A stretch of DNA of 63,869 bases, counting the filler, from Octopus bimaculoides (lineage: Eukaryota): the NCBI RefSeq assembly GCF_001194135.2. It is 6 parts of 6 records of this genome, joined end to end, with 100 filler letters (N's around TTAATTAATTAA, not from the genome) between each part and the next. Parts side by side here need not be neighbours in the genome. Positions count along the whole stretch, not along the records: positions 61,983 to 63,869 come from NW_026428304.1; 5 more parts are not named here. The stretch is one strand, 5' to 3'. The position numbers and the translations under genes were made by a program. Below, one piece after another: positions 62,466-63,869 of the stretch. Under the pieces are notes generated by a model that was not told the origin of the DNA, made no database searches, and saw only the letters and a program-made list of their open reading frames with translations. How positions within the stretch are numbered: position 1 is the stretch's first letter; every line of letters begins with the position of its first letter.

Positions 62466-63869
62466 GTTGTAGTATCTGCTTCCTCCGTGACGGAACCGAG
62501 ATTGGAACCACAAATTATGTTTCAAGTTACTGCCAAAAATATTAATATTTTTTTTTTCTCTTTGTATGTATATAGGCTTACTTGTANNNNNNNNNNNNNN
62601 NNNNNNNNNNNNNNNNNNNNNNNNNNNNNNNNNNNNNNNNNNNNNNNNNNNNNNNNNNNNNNNNNNNNNNNNNNNNNNNNNNNNNNNNNNNNNNNNNNNN
62701 NNNNNNNNNNNNNNNNNNNNNNNNNNNNNNNNNNNNNNNNNNNNNNNNNNNNNNNNNNNNNNNNNNNNNNNNNNNNNNNNNNNNNNNNNNNNNNNNNNNN
62801 NNNNNNNNNNNNNNNNNNNNNNNNNNNNNNNNNATATATATATATATATATATATATACATAAATATGTACAAACATACATATATAAATATGTACAAACA
62901 CCAGTCTATATATTCGTATACATGGTGTTATATATACATGGTGCTGGGTCTACGATAATTAAAATCTTCGTTTCAAAATTTGGAACCCAGCAGATTGTTG
63001 CACCCTTGAGCAAGTCAATTCACTGCATGTTGTCTCAGTATATTCTGATGAATATATGAACCAGCAACAACTTGGTTGGAGGTGAGAGAGAGAGGGTTAA
63101 CTCCGCGATAAATTAGCCTCCCGTATTATGGGTGACTTTTGGAAATTTGCTCACGGAAACGTCACGGAAAACAGGAAGCAGCTCCATGGTTATTGATTTG
63201 TAGATGCAAAGCGAAATATATGTGTGTGTAGAGATCAAGAACATGAGACTTCTTAATACATTTGACCCCTAGTTGCAATTCAGTCAGACCAACCATAAAT
63301 GTTCACTTGCTATCCTTAGAATGACGCCATTATTTGAACCCATATGTGTATGGCGGAATACAGATACAATGCCACTAAGCATTTTGTCCGGCGTCCTATG
63401 TTTCATTCCGGGATCGACTCTTATTGATTCAAAGTTCAAATTTACCGGACGTCACCATTGCGCTTCCACCTTCCAGGGGTTGATGAAATAGTTGTAAGCA
63501 CAAGAAATAAGTATTTCTCATATACCATTCCTGTAAGTCAGAGCTGGATTAAAATTAATGAAAATACCGGATTAAAATGTGAAAATATTTAGTACTAAAT
63601 GAGCCTGAGCAGTTGGTAAGCTCGAATCTGGGATACAATAAAACTAATGGTATATAAAAAGTTCCTCTTCAATTATCGGTTCTTGGGTTTGTGCCAGTAG
63701 TAGAGCTGATCATTACACCTGTATATTTAGAAAACAGAAAGATACAGGTGTTTCACGAGATGGTCATTCTCAATGAAACTTTATCATGGTCGTTGTCAAC
63801 ATCGTCAGCATGAAACTCAATGCAGAAAGACAGATACATAACTATGTATGATTATATAAGTGTGTGTAT

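Noticed and set aside
63121-63167. CCGT-ATTATGG-GTGA..TCAC-G-GAAACGTC-ACGG hammerhead-like geometry
   Set aside because: Three of seven core positions are wrong, and the apparent stem I can arise from the local tandem repeat tcacggaaa.

Overview
AT-rich, microsatellite-dense, gap-riddled eukaryotic scaffold. The repeat families and overall texture point to a coleoid cephalopod, most likely Octopus (inference, not database-verified). I can support no host protein-coding exon, tRNA, rRNA or CRISPR feature. Most ORFs in the supplied track come from microsatellites, low-complexity tracts or N-gaps, so the window is probably intronic or intergenic. What it does hold is a fossil record of mobile elements. 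(1) Three tRNA-derived SINE families, more than 20 copies. (2) Two mariner copies that share one internal deletion junction, plus a 211-bp mariner MITE. (3) A nested DDE cluster at 46.1-49.6 kb: a stand-alone Gypsy-integrase-related (Ginger1-like) transposase, interrupted in frame by a hAT MITE with a perfect 8-bp TSD and followed by a decayed pogo-like transposase. (4) Penelope-like element (PLE) fragments: an RT thumb and a GIY-YIG C-terminus. (5) Type I hammerhead ribozyme motifs that the ORF track does not show: one with an intact catalytic core and an approximately 80-nt elongated stem II (42707-42811, minus strand), and a minimal A6U variant in a short non-coding repeat (38603-38638). 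The PLE/hammerhead set and the Ginger element are the best leads. The element classes themselves are known, so any novelty would be at family or variant level and needs database and biochemical checks.
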